DNA from: Gracilinanus agilis
Lineage: Eukaryota
Assembly: GCF_016433145.1 (NCBI RefSeq)
Contig: NC_058132.1
Span: forward strand, 438,041,873 to 438,105,872
Reading direction: 5' to 3'
DNA length: 64,000 nt
Shown here: in pieces, positions 39,991-51,392 of the stretch
Layout: each line of letters opens with the position of its first letter
How positions within the stretch are numbered: the stretch's first letter is position 1
Notes under the pieces: model-generated
What the model was told of the DNA's origin: nothing
Database searches by the model: none
Seen by the model: the letters and a program-made list of their open reading frames with translations, nothing else
Program-made: the position numbers and the translations under genes

Positions 39991-40800
39991 AGATCCAATA
40001 AAATCATCAATTAATACCACTCTTATCAGTAAAAACGTGGAAAAGAATTTCACGGAAACCATTAAGAATGCAGTTATATTCATGCTTTCTAAAGAGCTCT
40101 TACTTATTGAAAATGGGAGCATTTCCTGTTTCAAATACAACTGCTATACTTTGTAATAAAAAGGGTCTAAAAAAATCAGTCAAGTAGAGTATCTCTGGAA
40201 TAATCAAAGTTAGAAGTGAAGTGCTACATTTTCCTAGTTGCTATTGAGGTTTTAACTCTAATGCTTATGTCATCTCCTAGTGCTATCATTTCATCTGTAT
40301 ATAGTCCTTAATATAATGAGGCTCCTCCCACTTGAAAGTGTGTGTTATTTCAATAACTGATTTTAAGAATTAGATGAGCAGATAAATTCAGAATCACAGT
40401 TTCAACTTTCAGTCTAATGGAACAAGTAGGATTGAATTAGCCACTCTACATGGACTCCATTGATTGCTAATTCTAAGAAGCCTATAACCCAGCTAGATTA
40501 AAGTACAAATGATGATACTCAAATATGGTTTTGTGCTTATCTAAAGTAACCAAATTGCTTGAAGATGGCTGTAAGAATCATTGGGATTTTCAAACCACAA
40601 ACGGAAAAATAAATTCATTGATTTTCAGGGGGAATGAATTACATAGGGATAGGAAATCTCATAATACATCCTGAGTGGTCAGGAAATTAATATAACATCT
40701 AATGGTTTTAAGTATGAAACAGTAGATTGAAAAGAGTATATAATATGATCCAATGGAAAACTAAAGCACATGTACACTTTAAAATAAATTAGAACTAGTA

Positions 40801-40985
40801 GGGGGCAGCTGGGTAGCTCAGTGGATTGAGAACCAGGCCTAGAGACAGGAGGTCCTAGGTTCAAATCTGGCCTCAGACACTTCCCAACTGTGTGACCCTG
40901 GGTAAGTCACTTGACCCGCCCTTGCCCACCCTTACCACTCTTCTGTGTATTGGCTCCAAGACGGAAGGTAAGGGTTTAAAGAAAA
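40801..40985 (+). mobile_element. SINE1_Mdo-like young SINE with rearranged 3' hairpin
   Basis: 15-bp TSD aaattagaactagta at 40786-40800 and 40986-41000. Confidence 0.93.
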
Positions 40986-41449
40986 AAATTAGAACTAGTA
41001 ATGTCAACATTCAATGAACTGAAGATTTCTGCTGAACAGGACCAGCTACTCATCTCGCAGCTTCCATCCCATATCGAGTGAGTTCTCTAGCCAGATCTGG
41101 TGGTCACCCCCGAGACATTTCTCTGGGCACTTGTCAAGGGATTTCCACTCCTCTTGGCTTCCATGTTAGTTCCCATATATTCTTCAGTGTCCAAAAATAG
41201 TGAGAGAAATTAATACCCCCTTATATTGCCATCTCCTTGTATTCACCTTATCTAAATGATTCTGAACTTCATTTAACAAAGTATAAATACCAGTTCTCAT
41301 CCCCAACTGCCTACTTCCCTACTCCTTTCCCCTTCAGACATATATCACCAATGTCCCACCCCTTCTTAAAATCTCTTATTCCTTTTCCATGCCTTCCATT
41401 TTCTGGCACTAAGATCTGTTTCCCTTTTGTTGACACTGATTCTCTCACT

Positions 41450-42870
41450 ACCACTTCCTACCCTTTCCTGCACTGGCTATACTTTATTCCATATCTTTAA
41501 ATAACTGATCAATTTGTTCTCCACTGAAATTTCCATCATTCAGCAATTTATCTTCCTCTAGGGTCACATCATCCAAATTTATCAATCAGTTCAGATCATG
41601 ATAGTTATCATCTACTGATTCCATGGACATTTTCTTTTCTCACTGAATGCAGTGCCTGTCTCACAGGCTTTCTCTCCAACCAAAATTTTGACCTCTTGCC
41701 AGGAGACTTCAATTTACATACTGATGGGATTTTTTTAATGCCTTAACATCCCAATTCATTTATCTACCCAATTTTTGTGAGGAATTCTATTAAGTAGTTA
41801 GGTAACACAGGTGGCCTGGAGTCAGAAAGACCTGAGTTCAAATATAGCCTCAGCTCTTACTAGCTATATGGCCCTACGGAAATCAATTAACCTCTGTTTG
41901 CATAACTTTTCTCAATTGTAAAATGAGAATAATAATTGTACTATAGTATAATCATAATTATAACAGCATTATTATAATTATAAAACTCAGAGCACAATGC
42001 CTGGCACATAGGAAGTTCTAAATAAATGTTAGTTATTATTGTTATCATTCCTCCATTACTCCACCTCAGCTATCTGTTCAGAATCTTGATCTTGCCATCA
42101 TCCACAAGAATTTCACTTCCATATTCAGGAGCTCTGATATTTCTTTGTTTGATCATGATTGTTACTCCACCTTTTCCTATTGCTTTAAGATGCCTAACCC
42201 TATTTACACGGACTTCAATTCCATTCAACCATCATTTCTTTCCAGGCCTTCCCTCACCTCTTCCCTGTTTATGCTCATTCTTTCCATATCTTAATTCCTC
42301 AGTGAATCATTTATACTCTAAACCACAGCCTACCTTCAGATCCTTTGCACCCTTGGCCTATTGCTAAACATTCCTTACCAAACCCTGACCTGGCATTACT
42401 CCGTTATCTACCTCCTTTGCTACTGTTCGCCTACAACTACAGAGAACTGGATAAAGCCATGACACCAAGCTACAAATTTTTGCTCTCTCTTCCAAACTGG
42501 GCCCTTACTGTAGCAGGCAATCACCCTCTTCTTGAATAAATTCCCTGTCCTATTCTCCATAGTGCATATTCTGGTCACCACTTTTCAGATTCTCTTATCT
42601 ACTGACTTCTTTCCTGCTGCCTATAAACATGCTCATCTTCCCCTTTCTGTCCTTTAAAAAACAAAAAAAAATCTCATTTTTTTCCTACCATTGCCACTAC
42701 CAAATATTTTAGATTTCTTTATTCCTTTGTGATTAAACTCTTTGAAAAACCACCTAGATTAGGTGCTTCCATTTTGTTTTCTCCATTTCCTCTTTTTAAT
42801 TAACGTTTTGTAACCTTTTGTATGCTGATTTATGACCTCATCATAACTGAAACTTCTCTCCACAGACTTA
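41450..42870 (+). mobile_element. L2 LINE internal fragment (endonuclease region), split by a MIR at ~41790-42045
   Basis: ggagacttcaatttacatactgat = GDFNLHTD; cttgatcttgccatc = LDLAI; C/T-rich L2 text. Confidence 0.65.
41790..42045 (+). mobile_element. MIR SINE
   Basis: ggcctggagtcagaaagacctgagttcaaat...ttgtaaaatgagaataata...agcacaatgcctggcacatagg. Confidence 0.8.
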
Positions 42871-44784
42871 AAATACTGAGGTTTTAAAAATCAAATTTGC
42901 ATTTTGTCAATACAAACTGGCTGGAGTTTCAAGACATATATTTAACTGAAGAGTTGTTTACTAGAAAAGAAAAAGTGAATATTATTGGATCCAGATTATT
43001 TGACCAGATTATTACAAACCTGTAAGCAAGTAACCCAGGCTACTAAGGAAGAAAACTACTGACATTTTATTTACTTTTAAATTCTCTCTTGGCTTCAGTC
43101 ATTTTTGTGTTTCAGATTTTAAAACAAAGTTCTGACTATGAGGAAAAGTGATTTGGAATAGGGTCATACCTACACGAAGAGAAAAGGAAGGATCTCTATC
43201 CCCCTCTACCATCCCCAACATGTTGATACGAATTCAGCCAGATAAATAAATATACAGTAATAGAAGTTTTGTTTTTATCCCAGTAATCAAATGTGTATGG
43301 AGATATCCCAATATATAAATCAAATCAATATTATCATCACTTAGATTCTATGACATATTGTGCTAAGTGTATATTTTCAAAATAAAGCTTATAGATATTA
43401 GAGAAAAATGATTCTTCAATTCAGATACTACCTAGGGATTTCTTTTTAAAATATAATGAGTCAAATGAAAATTAATCACATTTAGGTGAGCAGTAAAAGA
43501 AGTTAGATGATGGTTTTATGTATCAATGGCTGTCAGTACACGTCATGCACAAGAAATGGAGGCTGTTTAAAATATTATATTTACTCACATACTTGTTCCC
43601 TTTCACATTTGACAAGAAAATCAATAATAAAAAAATAATTATCTAACTCCCCAAATAATCAATCCCCTACAACCTTTTTCCCCCTCTTGCTTTGAAGCAA
43701 CATCCATGAATGCCAACAGAGGCTCCTTAGAGGCTTTAAGAACATATATCAGCTTCCTTCACAGCTTTAGGAAATACTTTTTTCCACCACAAAGTTTTAT
43801 GTGCTTTGTCTTTGTCAGTTCAATCACAAAAGCAGCAAGCATTATCCTGCTGCTAGCCACTGCTGAGATTAAGGAAATAGTGAATGAGTCAATACTCACT
43901 CTCTCCACTTGCCTCTCTCCCTCTCCTTTCTTATCTCCATCTCCCTTTCAGTTCTCCTGAGCTGATATTTGTTTGAGGGTACAGGATACTTGCAGCCCTT
44001 TGGGGAAACTGCCTGCTGACAGAGCAGTCTGGACCAGCTTCTTCTGAACCTAAGACAGTTTTAAAAAATGAAAGAACATAGAGAGGAAAGGAGATGGGGA
44101 ATTTTTTTTTGAAAATCATCTTTTAATCATGTTGTAAAATTATTTTGCATTGAATTCATGTCCCTTATTTTCTCTTGCAAATACAGCAATGTACAGTAAT
44201 AGCTTTACATATAATTTCCATTGCATTTTATCTGTAATTTATACAAACATACACAGGAAAATGGATTGCTTTATTATTTGTACTTTGATCCTCAATGTAT
44301 AATACAATGTGGTGTCACAGAGTAAGTACTTAATGAATATTTGATTGATTTATTAATTGATGCAAAAATGCACATACGCATATGATACTTACTCTAACCA
44401 TTCATAGCAAATATATGCATGTTCAACATATCATATTGCTAGTCGCAATTACACACGAAGTGCACATTATCCAATTGCAATCAGTAAAGTCTGGCTGCAA
44501 CCACTTCTTTTTATGTGCTTGGCCCTTTGCCTAAGAGGCCTAGTACTCCTGCCATGACCTTCTGAGTTCAGCAATCGCTCAAATTCCCTTTCAGAAGTCT
44601 CAGAACTATTGTGTAGCCTCAATCCCAAGCTTGTAGTTAGCTCAAATTCACTGTTTCTGGCTTTAGGCTCTATGAAAGCTCACAATCACAAAATGTCTTT
44701 AAAACTGGAATGTTTGGCAAGAAAGAGGCTTCCTTTTTGCATCCTGAGGCCTTATGACTTATATTGTCTATCTAGAATTTACAA

Positions 44785-44985
44785 AAACAACAGTAGCTAA
44801 TATTTATATAGCCTGTGCTAGGAGACATTATGCTAAGCTATTCATATTATTATCTCGCTTGATCCTCACAACAACCCTGGGACAGGTGTTATTATTACTC
44901 CCTTTTTATAGATGAAGAAACTGAGGCAAACAGAAATTAAGTGACTTGGCCAGGGTTACACAGCTGATAAGTCTCTCAAAGGTCT
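44785..44985 (-). mobile_element. MIR SINE
   Basis: tgatcctcacaacaaccctggg...gaaactgaggcaaacagaaattaagtgacttggccagggttacacagc. Confidence 0.8.
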
Positions 44986-45299
44986 CTGAGTTTTCTCTGT
45001 TCCCTAGATGACTACTCAACTGAAATACTAGGCAAGGTAGGGAAAGCCTTTGTGTTTAGCCCCATTGCTCTCTAACAGTTAAATTAAACGGTCATTTTTC
45101 CAGGAACTGAGACAGACTCAGTTGATCTTTCTGACTTTCTAGAAGGTTACTGGTGACTTTTTTTTTCATCTTGGTAATCATCATTTGAGCTTACATTGAG
45201 TTCTGATGTTCTCTCTGCCATTAGTCAAAGGGTTCTTCTCAAAATCTACTTGGCTGACTCTCCATTATTCTTTTTCCTTTTTCTCCTGAGGGTGTCTAA

Positions 45300-48280
45300 C
45301 TAACTTCCCAATAGGCAATAGATAGATGCAATGTATTGTCTTTGTAGGGTCCTGACTGTTCTCTGTGGCTCTCTTGTAAACTGGCAGGATGCCCAGTCTT
45401 TCAGCAACTTGATAAGGAATGGCTTTTAGTCAATCTGCTATTTCTTGTGTTCCTGCACACCAAGATTTCTTCACAGAACTCTATCACTATGCTGAAGATC
45501 TTGTCAAGGAACTCAAGCACCATACTGTTACTTATTCTATCAGAGCATCTCTGACCTGTAGCTGCTGGGCAACAACTCTCTTTTTTCTGATCTTTTAGCC
45601 AAGAGAAAAACTGGTTGTGGGTCTCTAGGTCTTGTTCATCTTCTGAACCTCTAAAGCATAAATTGATAGGTAAAGATGGCTCTCACTGGAACACCAGAGG
45701 ATACAGCATAAAGCCTGTGACTCCATTTGGGCATAAATGCAGTAAGAAAGTTCTTTTCTTCAAATATGCCAGAATTTTCAATAGTGTGCCACTAAAGCAT
45801 TCAAACAGTAATTTCTCTAAGGGTGGTAACCTTTGAATCTGGACTTCTGTATTTCTGACAAAGCCAAAACCTCCTTAAATACCTCCAAATCTATACCTTG
45901 GTCAAAGTGGATCCTGACAAGGAAGCCATTTACAAAGAAGTACCTTTCTTTAGCAGCTGAAAAGGTTTATGCTTCCTGATTGGGGAAGCTTGTGCATACT
46001 GAAATTGCAAGTTTTAAGAAGGAGTTGCTTATTTAAAAAAAACTGTATATGAGAGTCCCTGCATTTGCCAATGTTTATATTCTCCAAGTTTGCTGCAGGA
46101 TTTAGTAGTATTTTCCTGGGAACAGGTTGGGCACAAGTCCATACTTCAATTTAAATGTCATTTGTTTAAAGTGCTGGAACTAGAGTCAAGAAGACCTGAA
46201 TTCAAATCCAGCCTCAGATACTGTGTAACCATGAGTAATTCATTTAGCCTATTTGCCTGAGTTTCCTCATCTGTAAGATGGGCATAATAACAGCACCTAC
46301 CTCCTAGGGTTGTGAGGATTAAATGTGATGACAATTATAAAGCACTTAGCACAATCATAGCGTCTGGCATATAATGCTGCATAAAATATTAGCTTCTTCT
46401 ATAGTTATTATATGCTGCAATTTGGGGTCAGCAAAATCTATTCATTAGTGTCTCATATTTTATTTCTTGACCCGAGTCCAAAATCATCCTATAGTGCTGA
46501 CAGTGAAATATTTTAGGGAGAATGCACTGCTTCTTGATATGACTTTGTTCAGCTAAAAACAGATGCAGTACTGCACTAAATTGCTCCAACTCCTGCCAAT
46601 TGTCTTCACAGTAAGATAACTTCTAGAGAACAAAGTTTAAGTCTTCAAGAGATCTCTCACTTCATGACTTATATCACTTCTTGCACATATTATTCATGAA
46701 ATTATTCCTGCCACAAGTCATCCAAGTACAATGGGGGAACTGGCCAATGAGCCCAGTCTCTGAAATTATACAGAGTTCCATCAATGGACTTCTCCACATG
46801 GTAGAGCCATGAAGACATAAAATGGAAATGCCTTGGAGAAATTTTGGAGCATGTGGTAAACGTTCTCTAATTGATTCCATCTGGCCAACCACATAGTAAA
46901 TAGAGGAGTTTTTATTTGCTACAGAGATATTCAAAAGGAGATTAAATCAATAAAAACATTACCCCAGACCCTAGGCATATCTCTAAATCTCTGAGGAGGT
47001 GCAGCTAGACTTTCTATAAGAGAATGAGGCCAGAGTACATACTCACTTCAAAAGGGTAACTAAGGAAAAGGGAATTAGGTAAATATTAAAAAAGTTCACT
47101 TCCTCTGATGGCACAAAAGGTAAATAGAAATTCCAAATTTCAGCTACATTTCCATTTAATTGTCTACAGGTAGTATTATATTTTTGGACTCATGGCTGAT
47201 GAGTCAGAGGATTTGCATACAAAGTATTCTTAATTGACTGATATTCACTGAATCCGTAGTCATAGTTTGCTACTCATTTCTGGTAAGTAGTATATGATTT
47301 GGCATTCATCAGAAACAGTGTGCTGTTTTCTGTCTATATGTTAAAATTTTTGATCTTCTTAATGCAAGTCCACTTCAAAGTCAAGAACTTATCTTCTGGC
47401 TTCAGATCTGTTAGTATCTACTACTATACGTAAACTCAATACTAAAACTGCTTACTACCCAGTAAATACTCCAAAGTATCTTGGATTTCAGTATGTTATA
47501 CTGTTCCACCTCAATTCTTTTATTCATTATTTGGACAGGCTGGATATTTCAATTATTTTTTAGTACCAAGAAAAAAGGGTAAAGCATATGGCCTTCTAGA
47601 CTCTGTGGTGATGCCATTGAATAATAGTTCTTTTAAATGATTTTGGAAGTTTTCCATTTATCTTCTGAAATATCTTTTGAAAGGGTCAGAAATTGTTGAG
47701 TCCAACTTTTTGCATTCCCCAATCATAGCCCACAACTCATACTCATTCAGTGAGAACATACCAGTCTTTGCACTAAGTTTCATCCTCAAATGATCTTTCT
47801 ATTCCTCAGACACTACAGAGTCACAGAAATGGGAATTTTTTTAGATCCACTGTTTAGGGCAGTCATCATTCCTGAAATGTTCTCTGACACCATTAACTTC
47901 GATTTTCTCATGGCTTCTGAACAATAAATATGGATTTTCGGTGTTTTGACATATTGAGTCCCAGTTTGCTACTTTGAGTTTTTTTATTTATACTTTGAAC
48001 AGATTTGATGGAGTTGACCCAATCAACAACTGACACAACAGAGTTGTTAAACAGAACCACAGTGTCTGTCATTCTGCTGAGATTAAGGAACTTCATTAGG
48101 GAACTTCAAAAACTATGTATCCCAGATATTGGTAGTTTTTCCTATGATGCCCAAGAGTATAGAGTTAGGAAAACATGATGGTAATAAGCACATTGGCTGA
48201 AACTAGGACATATATACTTATCATAGTGTAAAATCCGAATAATATATTTTCTATGACCAGTCTTTTCTGGGTGTGGTGAC
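45300..48280 (-). mobile_element. Ancient Ty3/Gypsy LTR-retrotransposon pol fossil (PR, RT N-terminus, RNase H, integrase); RT core deleted
   Basis: Colinear degenerate motifs read by hand on the minus strand: YLGYI (48114-48128, protease region); FCDSVVSEE*KDHLRMKLS..FSLNE; HLKELLFNGITTESRRPYA (47584-47639); IQDTLEYLLGSKQF; KFLTLKW (47367-47390); NAK..ANYD; L*DDFG.LG; RFC*PQIA; YAQASP; YFFVNGFLVRIHFDQG (45895-45942); KSR..YHP; LPINLCF; DRVL*RNLG; IPYQV..LPVYK; KTIH..LLPIG (45307-45342). Confidence 0.88.
46160..46410 (+). mobile_element. MIR SINE inserted into the Gypsy integrase N-terminal region
   Basis: gtgctggaactagagtcaagaagacctgaattcaaatccagcctcagatac...cctcatctgtaagatggg...aagcacttagcac. 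Confidence 0.85.
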
Positions 48281-49083
48281 ATTTCTGCTAGACTTGTTCC
48301 TTACTGAGTGTGGGGATTCCTCTTTTGGACCTTTAGTTTATTTGGCTTGAGTTTATGACTATATCCTTCCCTGAAAAGAGGGATGAATAATTTTTTAGTC
48401 AAAATCAACACACTGAGATAACCAAAGCTTGTCCTCAGGCTAAGATTAGATCCATCTTTTTGAAAATCAAAACCTACTAAACTACTACTCTAGAGGTCAC
48501 CTCCATCTTCTTAGTCCTTTAAATTGGAAATCTGGGATTACTCACTGTCTCTCATCCTTCCATAATCCAATCTATTGCTGAAATCTGTCAAGTTAACCTT
48601 TGCAATGTCTCTCAAATATGCCATTTTCTTTCCACTGACACTGCCACCTCTCTAGTTCAGCCCCTCAACACTTCATACCTGTAACCAACTGGTGGGTCTG
48701 TCTAACTCAGGTTAGACACTCCACTCCAATCTCTCCTCTAATCAGCCATTAAAGTGATTTTTCCTAAAGTTCTCTGGCATTCAGAGTTTTTTGTTACCCA
48801 ACCCTTTCCTACCTTTTCATTTTACCTTACTCCCCAACATGAACTCTTTAATCCAGTGGCACTGGCCTCCTGACTATTCTAAAAAAGGACAGTCTCTGTC
48901 TTGGCTCCAGGAATTTTTTCTGGCTGTCCTCATACCTGGAATACTCTCTTTCCTCTGTTTCAACTGCTGGCTACTTTGGCTTTCTTTAAGTCTCCAATAA
49001 AATTTCACCTTTTAAAGGGAACTTTCCCTCAGCTCCTCTTAATTCCAGGGCCTCCCTCTGTTAATTATTTCCTACTTATCTTG

Positions 49084-49103
49084 TATACAGTTTGCTCTGT
49101 GTG

Positions 49104-49152
<49 letters not shown>
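49084..49152. repeat. (TG)n microsatellite
   Basis: About 33 near-perfect TG units. Confidence 0.95.
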
Positions 49153-49154
<2 letters not shown>

Positions 49155-49167
49155 TTATGGGGAAACA

Positions 49168-49917
49168 CTTGTGGGAAAATTAAATATTACTGGGTTTAGA
49201 GAAAGAGGAGAAGGAGGACTGACTAGACAAGGATAACAGACTGGACTAACAAACTAGGAAAACACAAACCCCTCCAAAGAACAAAAAATGGGAGATTATG
49301 GATTGGCAGTTGAGACCGACTGCCACCATTGATCCACCTAGCCTGGGAGTCTGTGAAACTATCAAGTGAGTAGACTGGGACCAAAGATTTATAAAGACAG
49401 GTTTAATTAGATAAACTTTGGGTTTGAAGGAAGGGAAAGGGATGTCTATTCTAACAACCTATGGGCAAGTCTCTGGGTTAGGGAAGGAACTTATCTACAC
49501 TAAGCTAAAGGCAATATCAAGGCACAGCTGGACTTCAGGGAAGGAAGCGGGATCCTCACTGCCGAGTCCTGTCCAAATCCAGCGATGATACAGCTCTCCC
49601 ATGTCCTCAGCCAGTAATCCTTGAATGGGTAAGGTTAGGGAGTTAAAACAGCCTGAGATGACCAGCAGCCCAGGTCAGGTTTGACATTCTCAACCTAACT
49701 TCCCACAGGCAGATTATTATTTCTTCAGGATACCAGGATACAAACTCCACTTTGTCTGAGGTCTCCCACTGAGTCAGTTGGTCAGCAGCAACTTGCACTC
49801 AGCCAACATGGAGTCCATCCCAGGAGAGAAAGCCACTTCCTGCTTCCCCATTCCATTTAGAATTCTCCAGCCTTGCTTGATAAGCCTCCTAATAGTACCT
49901 AATCTTAAACATTTACA
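49168..49917 (-). mobile_element. Probable solo LTR (~750 bp)
   Basis: TG...CA ends (tgtggg...tttaca); ATTAAA on minus near 49405; GC-richer with residual CpGs; interrupts an L2. Confidence 0.5.
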
Positions 49918-50399
49918 CCCTACTTTATTAATTTATCTATAATATATATACATATATGCATATATATATATATATTTGCATGTTATCTTCCCCATTATTT
50001 TGTAAACTCCTTGAGTCAGGGGCTATCTTTTGCCTCTTTTTGTATCAATAGCACTTATTACAGCAACTAGCAGGTAATAGATGCTATCTCCCTGCTATTC
50101 AAACTCCCATTTCCTAAATTTTGAGACAGAGAACAACTTCTCACACATTTATATCCTAATTGTTACCTAGTTACTATTAGGGAAATTCTTGTGGAAGGAA
50201 AGAACAAAACACATGCTTATCCCTTTCCCAGTCATCTCATGGTCATATTCAGTCACCTTTCAAAGGCCCACTCTGTGGTGGGACTGGTAAAAAAGGTCCC
50301 TGTCTTTCTTCTTTTTTATTTTGGATTGAACAGAGTGAATTACACAGAATGAATAATACATGATACGCAAAAATATGCATATGCTATCACAGTATTTTT

Positions 50400-50790
50400 C
50401 TCCCCAAATCTACCCATCTTACAAGCTCCTATATTACTGTTTAGGGTACCACCATTCTTCCAGTCACTGAAGTTCAGAAAATTAGTGTTGTCATTGACTT
50501 CTCATTTTCTTTCACCCCTTATATCCAGTCAGTTGCACTTTTTTCCTTCTCTATCCACACCTCTTCCATCTGACCCCTTCCCTTTCCACTCATCCACCAT
50601 TCTAGAGAAGGTTATCCTCACATCTTGCCTGGACTATTAGAAATAGACTTCAAATTGGTCTCAAATCTTTTCTCTATATTTCACATAGCTGCTAAAATGA
50701 TTTTCCTAAAGCAAAAATATCACTCTCTCCTTCTCAGTAAAATCTAGCATTTCTCTATGTACTCCAAGATCAAATAAATTCTCTACTTTA
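50400..50790 (+). mobile_element. L2 fragment
   Basis: ttagggtaccaccattcttccagtcactg...cttgcctggactatt...catagctgctaaaatgattttcctaaagc. Confidence 0.65.
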
Positions 50791-51329
50791 TCTTATTCTT
50801 TTTTAAATATCATTTTTGTATAAGTTTTATAGGACTAGAGTATCTTTCATACTCTATGAAGTATGAATAAAATACCTCTACTAATGCAGGTTGTCACCTT
50901 CTCTGCAAATTACTGTTATTAGCCATTTAAAATATTGAACATATAAGTTGCTTGCCTAGAGTCATACAGCTAATATGTAGCTGAAGAAAGACTTGTAGTT
51001 AAATTTTCTGGCCTCATAGGCCAATCCTCTGTGGTGCTATGTGCCATGCTGCTTTCTGTAAGTTTCATAATGTATGTAACATATACAACTATTATTATTA
51101 TAATATGTTCATTGAATTTATAACAGTAAATATGCATATATTAGAGAACATATTTAATTTTAACTGATAAGGATTTATAGTCAAAAAGTTTAGAGACCAC
51201 ATGTTTAAAACATAGGAGAATGAAAATCATATATGAAGCCCTAAGTAATAAATAGAATAAAGAAATTCATGGTCTAAGTCAACTAACATTCAATCTAGCT
51301 TCTACCAAAGGCTTAAATAATATAAAGAT

Positions 51330-51330
<1 letters not shown>

Positions 51331-51374
<44 letters not shown>

Positions 51375-51392
51375 ATGTGTGTATGTGTGTGA
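51331..51392. repeat. (TG)n microsatellite
   Basis: Direct reading. Confidence 0.95.

Larger units (their letters stand above)
48500..50085 (+). mobile_element. L2 3' region, split by a (TG)n tract, an LTR-like insert and a (TA)n tract
   Basis: aatccaatctattgc...ccactgacactgccacctctctagttcagccc; resumes at atttgcatgttatcttccc...aaactccttgagtcagggg...agcacttattacagc. Confidence 0.7.
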
